The notes beneath the pieces are model-generated. The model was not told the DNA's origin. It searched no databases and saw nothing but the letters and a program-made list of their open reading frames with translations. 64,000 nucleotides of DNA from Ophelia neglecta (Eukaryota), in assembly GCA_965285935.1 (NCBI GenBank), contig OZ260663.1, positions 22,444,001 through 22,508,000 on the forward strand, written 5' to 3'. A program made the translations under genes and the position numbers. How positions within the stretch are numbered: the first letter of the stretch is position 1; every line of letters begins with the position of its first letter. Positions 26,061 through 39,166 of this stretch are shown here, piece by piece.

Positions 26061-29000
26061 TTACCTAACCGGATCCTGCCCCGTTAAACAATATAGATCA
26101 ACAAAAATATGAGAGTAAATTAAGAAATGAAGCAATTAACCGATGAGAGCTTACAAGAAGGAAAATGTGGTTTGTTTTCCATTGGTAAGTAATAGGAAAA
26201 GAGGGTGTGTGGGAAATTATTGAGAAAGTCAGCAATGACCTTAGAGATATACTACCAGAAAACTGGTGGGCGTATAACCATTACCCCGGACCAATATGAG
26301 ACGTTACTGTTGAAGTGATCCAGCCACGTTTTATTGGGGCTGTGCAAGTGGATTTGCAGGCTACCGATACCAAACAGCAGTCTGGTTAGGTGAAAATAAC
26401 ACACAAACATACATGAGCAGCAGTAGAAGGAGGAGTAAAACAATAGAGGAGAAAGCGTGGACTGTGAAGGTTTTAGTTTTGTATTTAGAGGTGGGTTCTG
26501 ATTCAGGAGCTTGAACGTGAATCTGCCGGTGGCCCTGGCATTTAGCTAGCGTATTCTCATATATATAGGTCGGTCACTGTAACTGAATTTAGGGCTGCGA
26601 TTTGAACTGGGGGCTCGGAATTGAACCTTGAAACGTAACCTTGAACCTGCATCACACGCGGTGAATCAAAGGCTGAACTCTAAATCGGGAACATTAGGGA
26701 CCAACTAATTAGAAGTCAGGAGGAACATTGACATTAATGTCTGTAGCGAAAGTTTGGTGGGCCGACACATTACGTACATTATCCTATTCACAAGTGAATT
26801 GCCGTCGTTCTTCCAAGGAAATTATTTGGAACGGCATTGGACAGAAATTACAGAAGATGCCGCTGCAGCTTTGAGTTTGAATAGAGACTTTAGAAAGCCT
26901 GTGCTGTGTTGTTTGACAGCAGCTCGGTGGCCATCATTGCTGTAATTTTCCTGGCCCACCCAAAGAAGCGGCAAGGAGCCAGGCGGACTTGTCAGTGTTC
27001 CATGGCGTCTGATAAACCTCCCGACAGCCGACCGACCTTTATCAGAGAGGCCAGCTGTATAGTGAGGGGTGGGTAAGAGGCCCCGGGGTGGGGGGTGTGG
27101 GTTTGATTACCGGGTAGTAAGGGAGCATGGGGAAGAAAGAAAGCACACGCAGTCACCGTGGGCTGGGTTACTAGGGATTAAGGGCATGGTGACACGGGGT
27201 TGAAGAACACACAAGGCAGTTGGTGGCGGGTGGATGTAATAATGGTGGTGTTTGTGTATCGGGCTGGATGGTCATGGGCTGGCGGCTCATCAACGGGGCT
27301 TGGGGGGGGGGGGGTATTGATTAGGGTAAGGGGATACTAGGTTACAAGGAGAAAAGACGGGAGGGAGGGACAGGTTGAAGTTATGGGATTTTTTTTTTGG
27401 TTCATGGAATGGATCGGGTGGTACTGTGCTCGGTGGGGATAGGGGTGTGTGGTCTTGCCCAGGGGCACCAGTACAGCTAGGTCTCCGGCCAGAGTGCCGC
27501 CCTCAAAAACTTCAGGCGGCTATACTGACCTAGATATAATTCGGTTAAGAGGGAAGGGAGGGGGGGGGGTCATGTGTATCCTACTTAGAAGCATAGTCTT
27601 GTCGTTCAAGGCTTGGTATAGATTTCAGAAGTCTCGATGGAGGAAAACGTCAATTATAGGCTGGTGGCGTCCTAAGCCCATTACATATTCCTTGATAGAT
27701 TTACCGAATAAATTGTCCTCCAGCGTGATTCTTTGATAGTTATAAAAACTAGTAGTTCTTCTAGTGAATCCTTGAAGATAGTTAATGGTTTTGCAAATGT
27801 TTTCCTGTGGTAGCAGGAGGGTGCAGGCCGCACGCCCAAAAGCAGTGTCAGGAAGGTACAACAGTATAATATTTTAAACCAGCTGTTTGGTCCTGTACAT
27901 GCAGTAAAGCTCAGTAAATTAAATGAATATGGGCCTAGGTTCTGTTATCAGCCAGCCTCAGTTTAGCAGCTTACATTTTGTAGGCTGAGAAGCCTTGGCG
28001 TTGTTTAATTGCGAGGAACTCGAGAGGCTCTGGAACTGAACACGTGGGTCTGAACAGGCACCCAGATCCAGAGCCCCGTGACACTGCTTTCTAGGGGGCG
28101 CTGGCGGTCGTGTCTTCTTGTATTAAGTTGACTTTCAAGTGGTCCCTGCCAATTCTTCACATAGCTTTTCAGCCAGATTGAAAATGTCAGCTGCAGCAGT
28201 TCTTATATGCTAGGAACCTGTGGCTTGTTATATACCGGAAGGCTTGGGTAGACGAGTGAAGGTTTGCTAAACTGAAGTGAGTCGCTCACTGTTTTTTGGG
28301 TGGGTACATTGGAGAACATATTTTTCTAATATTCCGCTGGCTCACACACTTATACATCTATCTTGAAATAAAAGAACTCATGGCAAATTGTAACAAGAAT
28401 TAGTATTAATAAATATATGAGTCATTATAGTAAGTTTATTGAAAAATGTGTAAATGTGTCCCATGCCTAGACGCGTGTTTACGAGTGCATTCGGACAAGT
28501 CCAGTCTATAACGTTACTTACCTTCAAAGTTTATTTGAATAGTTTGTCGTGTAAATAAGCCTATAAGAAACATTAGCTGAACCATTTTTATCGGACCCAT
28601 GGACCTACATACAGTCGAGAATAAAACAACCCTCCCCTCTCGCTTGTCGGGTGAAATATATGATATACTTAAGTTTTAGGCATATGTTTAAGATTTATTA
28701 TTACCGATTACATGGGCGATCGCTAAAGTCAACTCAGAATGATAAGAATAGCAGGCTGATAGGATATTAATGTTCCTTTAAGTGATTGTCAACATATAAA
28801 TTGAATGAAGTATATCGGCCGTTTGATTCTCACTCAATCACTCTTAAATGGGATACACGGCGAAGGTTTATACAATAATTAAATGCTGTAGGAGGAGACA
28901 TTGATGGTTTAATACTTATTTATCTAAGGTTTGTGTCAATGAAATGGCCCTGAAATAACCACTCAGGAATCGAGATGTAGTGGCGGACATGTCGTTTTCA

Positions 29001-30499
29001 ATAGCTAGACGCTGAGTCTTTAAATTTGATGTTTAAGATTTGGGACCACCAACACTACTTGATGCTTACCTGCAGTTTGAAGGGACGGATATACTTGTGT
29101 GTTTGGGGGGTCGTGGCTGTGAGGGGGTGGGGGTGGGGGTGGGGGTTGGACAAATTAAGAAAATTCCTTATTTAAATACCCACTACAGTCTAGAAAAGGA
29201 AAGGTTCGGCTTGTGGGAACGTTCTTGGAGGGGACTGCCCCCCTCCCTCCCCAGGAATAGGGTAGGGAAGGGAACATGCTGCCTCCCCCTCCGGATATGG
29301 TGTGTATGTACGGAGGGAGTGGGGGCATTCGCTGACTGCTGGCCCCCACCCCACAGGGAATGGCGTGGGAAAGGATCGACTGAGCCAATCCCCCTTAGGA
29401 ATGGTGCGAGAGGGACATACCTCCCCCCCCCCCCCGCCCCCCACCAAGGATGATGAAGGAGGGAGCTGCCCCCCCCCCCCCCGCCAAGGATGATAGAGGG
29501 AGCTGCCACCCTCCCCCCAGACACATTTTCCTCAAACCTTATGTTTAATACTCATTCCTTTTGATCAATTATCATCATTTCTAATCGTAGATCTAGTTTA
29601 AGTTAATATTATGTTTTTATTGTGAGTTTGCAACCTATAATTCATATCCATAATTTGCTGTAACTGACAAATAAATTGGACTTAGCTAGTGGGTTCAAAT
29701 TTTTAAAAAAGTTCATTACTACAAAAAAATTCACCGATTGTTTCATTCTGCCCAAGGCCTCTAGATTGTCGTTTGTGATTGCAAATGAAGTACTAATTTC
29801 AGTTTTTCTATCCTTGCTAACAATTAAATCATACTTTTGATCAGTGAATTCATTCATCTTGTAATCGACAGTTTCCAGACTGAAAGGCTTAGATAATCTG
29901 ATAAATCTTGTACCCTAAATCTATCCCAAGTTTTCAACCATTAACGTTAAAGCTCCTTGGTGAATGAATGCCGCGGTAACTTCTATTTGATCAAAGCCCT
30001 GTAACACACTTTGCTAGTGTCCTTTCAACTCTCTTTATTGCAGTTTAACTGAAAAATCATCTTTTATCGTGTTATGAAGTTTTCAACTTTTCTCCTGTAG
30101 GAGTTTCACTAACTTTGGTAGCACGGACTTTCACGAGAATCGGTGTACCTGACCTAGGCTCACAGTACAAACACAAACACTACACGTGGGGAGGTGTGAA
30201 GCAGTTTAGTGTGTTTCTTGGCCGACAGGTGGCAGGCAGTATTTGTACTACATTCATTACAAGCGGCTTGCCATGTCATGACATTTTTGTCTCAATGTTT
30301 CAGTAGGTCATCACATGTGTGCAGCATTAGACTAGCTGTAAACTAATGGAAAATTGGACAAAACTTGCATTTTCTCTTGTAGTTTCTTATTATCAAGTTA
30401 TCAAGCAATGAGCATAATTATAAATAATATAGATCTGCATCAGTCAAAAACAGATTACCAATAAAAATGCAAAGATTTAGTTAAGTTTTAACATTTTCA

Positions 30500-30505
30500 T
30501 TTATT
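30500..30505 (-). terminator. Candidate distal polyadenylation signal AATAAA
   Basis: Plus-strand tttatt; the minus strand continues into a U/GU-rich downstream tract (tctttgcatttttattggtaatctgttttt). Confidence 0.55.
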
Positions 30506-30577
30506 TCATACAGAAACACTTCCCAATGTCCCTGAAAGTCGATTCATTACATTAATTACATACACATCACATGTGTA

Positions 30578-30745
30578 GTTACTTACACATTATACAAGTA
30601 ATTACTTATACACTATATATAAGTAATTACTTACACACCATATGAGTAATTACTTACACACTTGGTGTAAATTACTTACATACTCTGTGTATAATTACTT
30701 ACATACTATATGTGTATGTAATTACTTACACACTTATGTGTAACC
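30578..30745 (+). repeat. ~23-bp tandem repeat (TAATTACTTACACACTATATGTG-like), ~7 copies, near the distal end of the inferred 3'UTR
   Basis: Repeated aattacttaca cores. Confidence 0.85.
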
Positions 30746-32503
30746 TGTTGCGTTTCTCAGCCAGCCATTCTCTTGGATAAAAGGTAGGGCAAATATTCTA
30801 CACATACAAGAGAGTTAAGATACACCTTAAAATGCCCCATTTCATATGCAACATAAATGTATTTATGACAGAACAATTCAAGAAATATTTATGACAGCAT
30901 ATAACAACACTATATGGGTTTAAACATAATATAAACAGGCGAATTCGTAGCAGACTTGCAGAAGAAATGTCAGGCAAAAATGTTAAGATGTTTCATTGTG
31001 CGGTCTGCTGAAAATGTCTTAATTGTGCCAAATATTTTAGCAAACTGTGGTAGTCTCTAACCGGGTCAAAATTCCTCTCCGTTTCACTACATCTTGCGTT
31101 TCAAAAGGCTGATGAAGGCTATGAATGTATTGGAAGACACTAGATGACAGAGCTATAATTCAGTCGAAGGACAGGCAGCTCTGAATCGGCCAAAAATTCT
31201 ATACGGGGAATCGGGAGGAGAAATACTGAATGAAGATTGGCGTACAAAATTAGTCAGCTGGCAGAAAATGTGGTTAACTGAATCTGGGATACACTGTAGC
31301 TGTCTAGTGCTAACCAATGATTGATGTTGCTACACTTAACGCAACAATGAGCCTCTTTTTGTCAGCGGCTGTATTGTAACGTGGGACGAAATAGCAGTGT
31401 AAAAAGAGCTAGCAGCATAAAAGCTGTCTAAATGGTAGAAAGGTTGAAGAGTGGCACCTTTTTATGTACAACAAGACACTGAAATACCAAAGTGTGCGGT
31501 TCTATACAGAGAGCACATTATTTAATAGGGGAAGCCCATAAACACTCGAGCCAAATGAAAGCCTGATAGCCGTTTATAGACTAGTAAGGAAAAAAAGGGC
31601 ACTACTGAATGGTTAGGAGGTTGTACGAACTGTATCAAATCAAAGTAAATAATGTAAAACATTGAAATGGAAACAGAAAACCCCTTTAATGAAATAAAAA
31701 CCCACATTAAATATTATGTATCTGTGACTTGGTATGTGGACCGTTCAAGTTAATTGAGTGGTAAGGTTACAGTGATAAATTAGTAAGAAATAATGTGAGA
31801 TATCACTATAAACTACAGTGACAAATCGTTCTAAACCTGCCATATAGACTTGTGTACAAGTGTTCATTCGACAGAGAGGGCCCCATGATAATAAGGCCAG
31901 AAGGATATATTTACAGAAGAGAAACACACTGGCGACACTCTGTATAATTAGGTGGTATCAATTTGAATATTACCATTCTCGAGGTTTCCGAATAATTTGC
32001 TCCTCCAATATGGCGAGGTACAAGCCGGTGTCTATCACCACCCTCGAACACTCCAGCTCACTTTAAGTAAAAACCTCTACAACTTTCTACACAGGCGGCT
32101 CAACGCTCAGCATTTAAGAGGTAGAGTTTTTACGTTCCTGGGTTTGTGTGCACAACTACTTAACCGAGTTCAAAGTTTTCCCAGCTTAAACTAACAGCCA
32201 ATACATCAAAACTTTGCTGAGGGAGGGCCGGTGTCGCAGCCCGGTTTTAACAACACCTCTCGTTCATCCTAGGCTACACCAGTTTTACGAGAGTCGTAGA
32301 AAGGTATATATTTATGTAATTATGGGTTTCTACCTATGTCATAAATGCACAAAATATGTGGCATTTCATGTGCCACAATGGAAATCTTAACTCAAAAGTG
32401 ACCATACACAATAATTATAAGCACATAAATACTGACAACGCAACTACATCGTAAGCAAATTCACTTTTCCGACTTTTACACTTAATTCGGCATTCTGGCA
32501 AGA

Positions 32504-32509
32504 TTTATT
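32504..32509 (-). terminator. Candidate proximal polyadenylation signal AATAAA
   Basis: Minus strand ctgtatgtttAATAAAtcttg, ~1.45 kb after the stop codon. Confidence 0.35.
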
Positions 32510-33959
32510 AAACATACAGTAAACTAAGTAACTTTGGGAAAAAACGTTTAGAAATTCAATATAGTATGGATTTAATGGCATTTATCCAATAAAAATGATA
32601 AAATGATTTTCTAAACAAAACACATGTTTTACAATGCACATAAAACTGCATATCATGTCATGGGTAGTGAGAAACAAATGATCATTAACAGGCTTTAAGG
32701 AGGTTGAATAGCCGTTTGTTTTATATCCTAGAGAATAGCTGAACTGACATTAACTTTGGTGAGAAATCACAGGAGGGAAGGTGGTGCATGGAAAATGTTT
32801 TCCTATCAAATATCTGGCCTGGCAGCCTTGAGGTAAAAGTTTAAGAGGTATGTTCCAGCGATCAGGTATCCATCCCAACAACATGAAATGAGGAAACTTT
32901 CAGTTTGTAAAATCTGACAAATCTCAGTAGAAAAGCGGGCTCTATCTGAACAATATTTTACCCACTGAACCAAAATATAAAAATTTGAGGCATCAACATC
33001 AAGTCAATGGCGGTGATAAAACCATCTTTTTAATATAATTCTATTTGGCAGAACAGTTCTAAAATTCTCAATGGTAAAACATACTTAAATATATATATAT
33101 AAACTTAAAAGATATTTCAATTTCAGTTGCTGTGGCTACCATCTTTCGTTCTCCTTACCACCCTCCCTCATACCAATGAATTCCTCTCTCCCCACTGAAG
33201 GTCTCTTCAAGAGCAACCTCTGTACACATTAACAACCAATTGCACTGTTCTTATATAAATTACACAATAAAAATGTGGTCACTATGTACATAATAATATA
33301 TATGTCTATATAAAATATTATTACACTTCAAACGAAGTAGTATTTTGTCTAGCAACTGGCACCGCTGCTATGCCCGTAATCCGTAGTAGTATCCAACGCT
33401 GCGCGACTGAGCATGCTCAGAGTCTGCACAAACAAAGTCTTGGTAGTCATAGAAGTGTAGTAGTGGTAGTGGATTGAGTGAAGCTATAATCCGAGTTGAA
33501 TATGGAGGAGTTTATCACTGGCCTCCCAGCCCAAAGGAATCACAGCACAGGGCTTCGGGTGCATAGCTAGTTATCATATCATCAGGAGGAGTGAATACAA
33601 TGACAGAACATGCAAGGCACTTGAAGTAGTGTTGATCCCTCAGTCATTGTGGCCGATGTGCTTCTGACTGGCTATCTGTTCGTGGGATGTCGTGTTCGGC
33701 AACACGCAGACATTTGTTAGATGGTCAGGCATGAGCCTCACAATGGCCCTGGGTAGTTAGAGAAATGACCACCAGATAGCACCATGAGCGAACGATTCAT
33801 TGTCAGTGTACGGAAGGCACTAGGCTGTATTATCCAATGGGGCTGTTGTTCCACAGCGACGTGTGTTTTTCCCTGATTTGAGTTGTGGTGATCTGAATTG
33901 GGGAGCTTGTCCCCTGCGTTTGTCCACCTGGCCATTTGTCTGGCCGCTAGCCACCGCCA

Positions 33960-34483
33960 TCACCTATTGGTTCTTAGAAGCACCTCTAACCAACACGGAC
34001 AACTAGTAATGAACTGACGGGAATAGGTCCCTCCCCAGCCCTTGGCAAAACTGATCCGTATAGAGTTTGGGTCGTACGGTCCGTCCAGTGTTTCCGGATC
34101 TCGAGTCCGCACACAGTCATAGTCAAATATCCTTAAAGAAAATCCACTGGGTACTTTCTTCACTGTGAACGTCCGTGCGTGAGGAGGATCGAGGGAGGGG
34201 GAGTTTACGAACACAGGCGACTCGCTACGGTTGTACGCCCAAATGCCATCCGGCTCCTTGCTCAAGGTAACCCCTAATCCAATTTTCTCTCGAGTCCGTT
34301 TTACTGAGTCTGCACCCGGTTCCGACTGAAGGACCCCTAAACAGAGGCCGTCGCCGTGAGGTAGATCCTGGAATATGTTAACACTGGGCTCAAATACTGT
34401 GAAAAGTCGGCCCACACGCTGCCGTAGTTCCCAGTACGCAATGTTACACCAAGCTGGAGGTCGTCCTGGTCCCGAACTGCCAT
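33960..34483 (-). CDS. Smad6: Last coding exon of an inhibitory Smad (Smad6/7 class): MH2 domain and stop codon; partial gene
   Basis: The translation [28 protein letters not shown]...[10 protein letters not shown]...KIGLGVTL...[15 protein letters not shown]...[41 protein letters not shown] is a Smad MH2 domain. It has the I-Smad C-terminus (cf. SMAD6 [34 protein letters not shown]) and no R-Smad SSXS tail. A canonical acceptor cccttctttctctgcag| at 34484-34500 (minus) gives phase-1 entry, so the first ~14 aa of the listed ORF 33960..34526 are intronic. Confidence 0.96.
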
Positions 34484-37400
34484 CTGCAGAGAAAGAAGGG
34501 AACTGTGTACATGTTGATTCTGTCAAATCCTAAATTTTCACATTAAAATTATTCATCACTATAGACACAAAAAGAGAACAACCAAGTCAACAAAAATATC
34601 AATAGAGGATGATTAAACAGTAATAATTACACAATTTAACATACTAGTATGTGTTATATGGTTTATATGCCAAATTATGTAATATTATATATATCCAACT
34701 GTTTTTTGTTCAAAAAAAAGAGTGGTTGGTGCTTTTTTCTCCTAAAATTTTGATTTCTGAACACCTAAGCTGTGCTCTTCTAGCCACAATTCAAATGTAT
34801 TCATTCATGAATTTACTTAATAGGCCGAGATATGGCAAAAATCACGTACACAAATATTTCCCACATGCAGGCAATACAAATACACACACTAAAAAAAGCA
34901 CTGCCGGTAAAGATATTAGGAACACACAAGGATTTCAGGCAGCCATTTTTGCCCACAAACCAAGCAAAGTATGAGTTTTTATCATTTGGGATGCAAACCG
35001 TCACTTTGTGAGACCCACAAGCGGCGACCCAAAGTCACAAGCCAGCTCACCTATAAAGATCTCTAAACAAACCACTTTTTATTCTTTTTTTGCTCCACCA
35101 TGTTGCAACCTTATGCAAGGCTTGGTGCACCCAGTGACACCTGACTATAGAGTTTGCGCTGGATTTGAGGTTCTGCACTGTGGTTTTCAGATCCCTGAGA
35201 GTGCTTGACTTTGTAGGAGTTCTAGACTGGCACACTGGAGTGGTTTAGGGCCTTGGCCAAATCTCCCGAGGGCTGTTCCTTTTCATTGGTGACAGAGTCG
35301 TACTTTATGCTGATTCTCATACCATAATGTACCAAATCAGTACTGTTAATAATCTATGCTTGCAGAACAATCTGACGATTACATAATGGTCGGGGAAGAC
35401 ACCAGTACTGGGATTACGATCACAGAATGGTTAGGGGGAGAACGATACTAGGATTCTGAGAACAAGAGACCGACTCCTGGAACAGCAAACTTATAATAAC
35501 ACCTACATCTAATGGATGGATTGATGAGATCCATCAATTACACTGATAATGCCGGGTAGGTCCCATGACTTATTCAGCCTTACATTTCTCGGCCAGGCAC
35601 AGGGTACCACGCCTGGATTAAATCTACTAACTCAACTCACAGGATTTTGGTAAGATCATTTTTACTCTCTTTTTTCATACTCAACCCAACCACTGATAGA
35701 TTGTGAATCTTTTAATCAAAAAATATTTAGGAAAATAAAACTATGGAAAGTAAATAACCATTGCCTATTACCACTGGAACATACCAACAAAGCAGGTTGT
35801 CATGGTGACTATCTGTTGGGAGGCCCTTGACATGTGATAAGGGTGTCTGCCTCGCTGACACCCAGACACTTCCTACCCACTTCCAGCGGCTCCAAACACA
35901 CAGCTCAATCCTTAACTAAAACACAGGCAAATCTTAACTCCAACACCCAAATAATCACCAATTTCCCATGCAAATCGTATTAAATATCCCTGAAACTAAG
36001 ACAAGCTCCCGCGGAAATTACAAAGTAAAAACTCCAGTCAAATCTTAGCTCTGATACCAGAGTTAAAGTCGAGTCAAATGATACACCTCTAAAAATGGAT
36101 ATCAAGTGTTAACATCATGTTAGGGAAATGACAAAATAATACAGAGAAAGAGCGTAATATTTAAGTTAAAATACCTTTACAAAACTGGTCATAAGGCCAA
36201 AAGAGGGCTGCACCAGTTTAAAAATTTGGAAGCTACTTTATTTTTGCCACACACAATAAAGCAATGGACTTTTTTATCGTTCATACAAGAGGATAGATTT
36301 TGGGTACGACATGATGGTCTCTCCTTGTTCTTATCTTCCTTCTTCATAAACAACATCCAGGCTACAAGCTATCTCTGAAAACAGACGAGGCTTATGTCAC
36401 AGTCCCTTTACACACGCACACGCCCTACTTAAAATGAGCACTCTAAAATTACCCCCCCCCCTTCCGGACACACATACCCCCTCGATGAAGGTAGGATGTT
36501 AACCCTAACTCCACAATAACACACTTAGAATATGCTAAGACATCCTCTTTCCCACACAAGCATTGTTTACAATCCCAAATCAAATACTCCTCCTCTGCTG
36601 GCCTCTCACACAACCCTCCAGCACCACTCCCTGCTTGTAGTGACTGCTGTGACCCCCTCCCCTACCCCCTACCCCCTCCCACCTCACCTCCCAGCTAGAA
36701 CCCTCCCCCCCCCCCTCTCTACACACCCCTGCCAAGAACAACCCCTCCCCACCTCCCTGCTACAAGCCACCTTCTATACACATGCCCCTCCAGCTCACCT
36801 CCCTGCTACAAGCCCCTCCTCCACACAACCCCCATCCCCCCTGCCCAGCTCACCCCCTGCCTGACACACATCCCCAGTCCAGTTCATCCCAGTCACCTAG
36901 AGAGCGACACCAATGAGCCTTCCCCATTGAAATACAAATGTTTATCCAAGCTCTCAGCTTTATACTTCAACTTGTCAAGATGGTATCGGCGCTGTACACT
37001 TCAGACCCCGCTGTAAAATGGCTGGCAAACTTGCTCATTCGGAACAACATCACCAACAAAATTTTTGTGGCTAGCATTTATGAAGGGGAGATGTGGTTTT
37101 TTGTGTACACCGAGGGCCGGGACCTACACATCTTAGCAGCGGAGTGTGCTTGGCCTCTCATCGCTGGTGTACATCCACTTCTCGGCCATCTCTGTGCCTC
37201 AGCGTCAAAAAGACACACCAACGATCTCTCCGCCGTGCACAAAAAACCCCGGACTTAAGTAGAATGATAACATAACCTTAATGCCTTGAGCCACTCTCAG
37301 TAATGAGAGTTTGCCAGAAATGTTATGACTTTTTATGTTTATGAGAGCCGAACTGGCAAAATATCTACCACAAAGTGTTGTGAGTCATTTTTCCAGTATT

Positions 37401-38228
37401 TACGACACCTACTGCTGCTGTGCTGCAGTGAACGGTTTCAGCAGCCCTACACGCGTGGCACGCAATACCCCACATCATGTTAACCACACTTGATGGGCAA
37501 AAACGGCCCAGATTTTAGCAATTGTAGCAGGGATGGTAGCTGTACTGTGGAGGACAAAGCTGTGTGAGATGGAGCCACTGGACCTGAGGGGATGATATTT
37601 GGAACAAGCCTACGGGGTGTTCTACGTGTTTGGCTGTCACAACCGCTTTCAATACCAGTTGGTTGTACTCTCCAGACCCCCGCAGCCCATCTGAGAAACC
37701 AGTGTGCTCATTCATTTTAATCTTTCGACTCCTTGGCTGCTGGCACCCTAGTCTTGGTGGCGTCTTGGCGGCAGCTGGGGGATCACTGCGCTGGCTATGG
37801 GAGCACGAGACCCCGGCACAGGGGTCCACCGGCGGGAGGAGGGGGGTGTCACTGCGCTAGGGAGCAGGGTATGTAGTTAGTGATTGAGGGGAGTCAGAGG
37901 AAGGTCCAGGACCAAACACATGGGAGACAGGGGGGAAAACCTCAACCAAAGACTGACCTTAGTAGTCTAGTCTTTGTAAATTTTTGTTTCAAACCCATTG
38001 AATTTGAGTAAACACCAAAATGGACTAGGCCACAAGAGGGAGGATGTGGTGACAGGAGGAGGGGGAGGGGGTTACATATATTATATACACACGTTTGTAG
38101 AGGGGGGGGGGAGGTCAATGGCTGGGGAGCACATGGCACTTACTCATTCACTTTTAAATTTCACTGCTGAGGCTTATTGGCAGAATGTATATAGCAATGT
38201 TCTGGTCGGTGGTAAAGCATACACTCAC

Positions 38229-38250
38229 CGTCCCGGTAGACAGTGAACAT
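38229..38250 (-). other. Candidate alternative first coding micro-exon (ATG-MFTVYRD, phase-1 donor)
   Basis: Minus strand tga ATG TTC ACT GTC TAC CGG GAC G|gtgagt: consensus donor, with phase matching the MH2 exon acceptor. No expression evidence. Confidence 0.25.
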
Positions 38251-38699
38251 TCACTGTACAATTCAAGTATCTAGACATGTATGAGTTAATTTAGAAAGAA
38301 CTGGAACCATAGTTCTGAGTGGAGGACACAGGGAATGGCCCAAAGTGGTAGTGGTGGGAGGGGGGGGGGGAGGGGAGCAGGAGGGGATGGGGGTCACTGC
38401 AGCCAAGGCACTCTAGGCTAGTGGTGTGGTAAGAAGAAACGATGAAAGCAGTGACTCTCTAACAGCAGCAGTCCAACCACAGATTAACAGACCAGTGAAA
38501 TACGAGTGCTCCCCTATGGGCCGTGTTAAACCTGGTCCCTCCCTGACCCCAAACTAGGCCAGATTCAATAAACGGGTGGATGCTGACAACCTTCATTCTG
38601 ACCAAACCATGGACAATTTCAAATTATAGAAGTATGCTTTCCTGCACAGAAGTCATAAGGTGGTGCTCTGTCTGGGTCCCTGAGCTTTATTTGGTCTCA

Positions 38700-38950
38700 A
38701 TTGGGACTTGTCAGGCACCAGTCTGTAATTTAATTGATAAAGCCTCTCGGAGGTCTGCCCGGGGAGCGGACAGGACACTCAGCTGCCGTCTACCTGTCTA
38801 CAGACGCTGGCCGGCCTATGGCGCTATGATTAGTAATCACAGCCCTATGGAATTCACTTTACTCCAACAGGGAATCAGACCAGCAATGGCAGACGCTCTC
38901 TTTTGATGGCATCATTAACACGATTGTTGGCAGAGGAGGCAGAAGTCTGG
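38700..38950. promoter_or_regulatory. Smad-site-rich island (candidate enhancer or internal promoter)
   Basis: GTCTG/CAGAC at ~38721, 38753, 38801, 38876, 38890 and 38945; GCCGTC-N5-GTCT at 38785-38799; TGGCGCT, GATAA and TAAT motifs. Confidence 0.4.
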
Positions 38951-39035
38951 AGTATGGCTGGAGGAGAGATGAGGGCTGAAGGCTAATATTTACTGCTAGG
39001 CCAAGAAGAGGGGTGGGGGACAATGTCAATAATCA

Positions 39036-39166
39036 GGGGTAGAGCTGTCGAGGGTCTGATAGGAGGCATAGGGGGGGTAGGGCTATCGAGGGCCTGATAG
39101 GAGGCGTGGGGGTGGTAGGGCTGTAAAGGGTCTGATAGGAGACTGGGGGGTGGGGTAGGGCTGTGA
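39036..39166 (+). repeat. G-rich ~36-bp tandem repeat (GGGGTAGGGCTGTCGAGGGTCTGATAGGAGGC...), ~3.5 copies
   Basis: Directly visible. Confidence 0.85.

Larger units (their letters stand above)
30485..33959 (-). other. Inferred long 3'UTR of the I-Smad gene (~3.5 kb to the distal poly(A) signal)
   Basis: Follows the stop codon. No recognisable interspersed repeats were seen, the sense strand is AU-rich with UGUAHAUA motifs, and it ends at an AATAAA followed by U/GU-rich sequence. The end point is inferred. Confidence 0.6.

Noticed and set aside
26252-26443. Possible LINE endonuclease remnant (GSLQIHL, VIRPP) next to the L2 fragment
   Set aside because: Motif order is inconsistent with APE domains and the similarity is too weak.
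31410-31417. miR-15/16 8mer site in the 3'UTR
   Set aside because: That family is chordate-restricted and the sequence looks non-chordate; likely chance.
34484-34526. N-terminal MTESTCTQFPSFSA of the listed 188-aa ORF
   Set aside because: It starts at a non-ATG codon and reads through the polypyrimidine tract and AG acceptor, so it is intronic.
37515-37856. Open frame (RSDTPLLPPVDPCAG...) after a plausible acceptor, as an alternative terminal exon
   Set aside because: It needs phase-0 entry whereas the Smad intron is phase 1 (which hits TGA at once); no recognisable homology.
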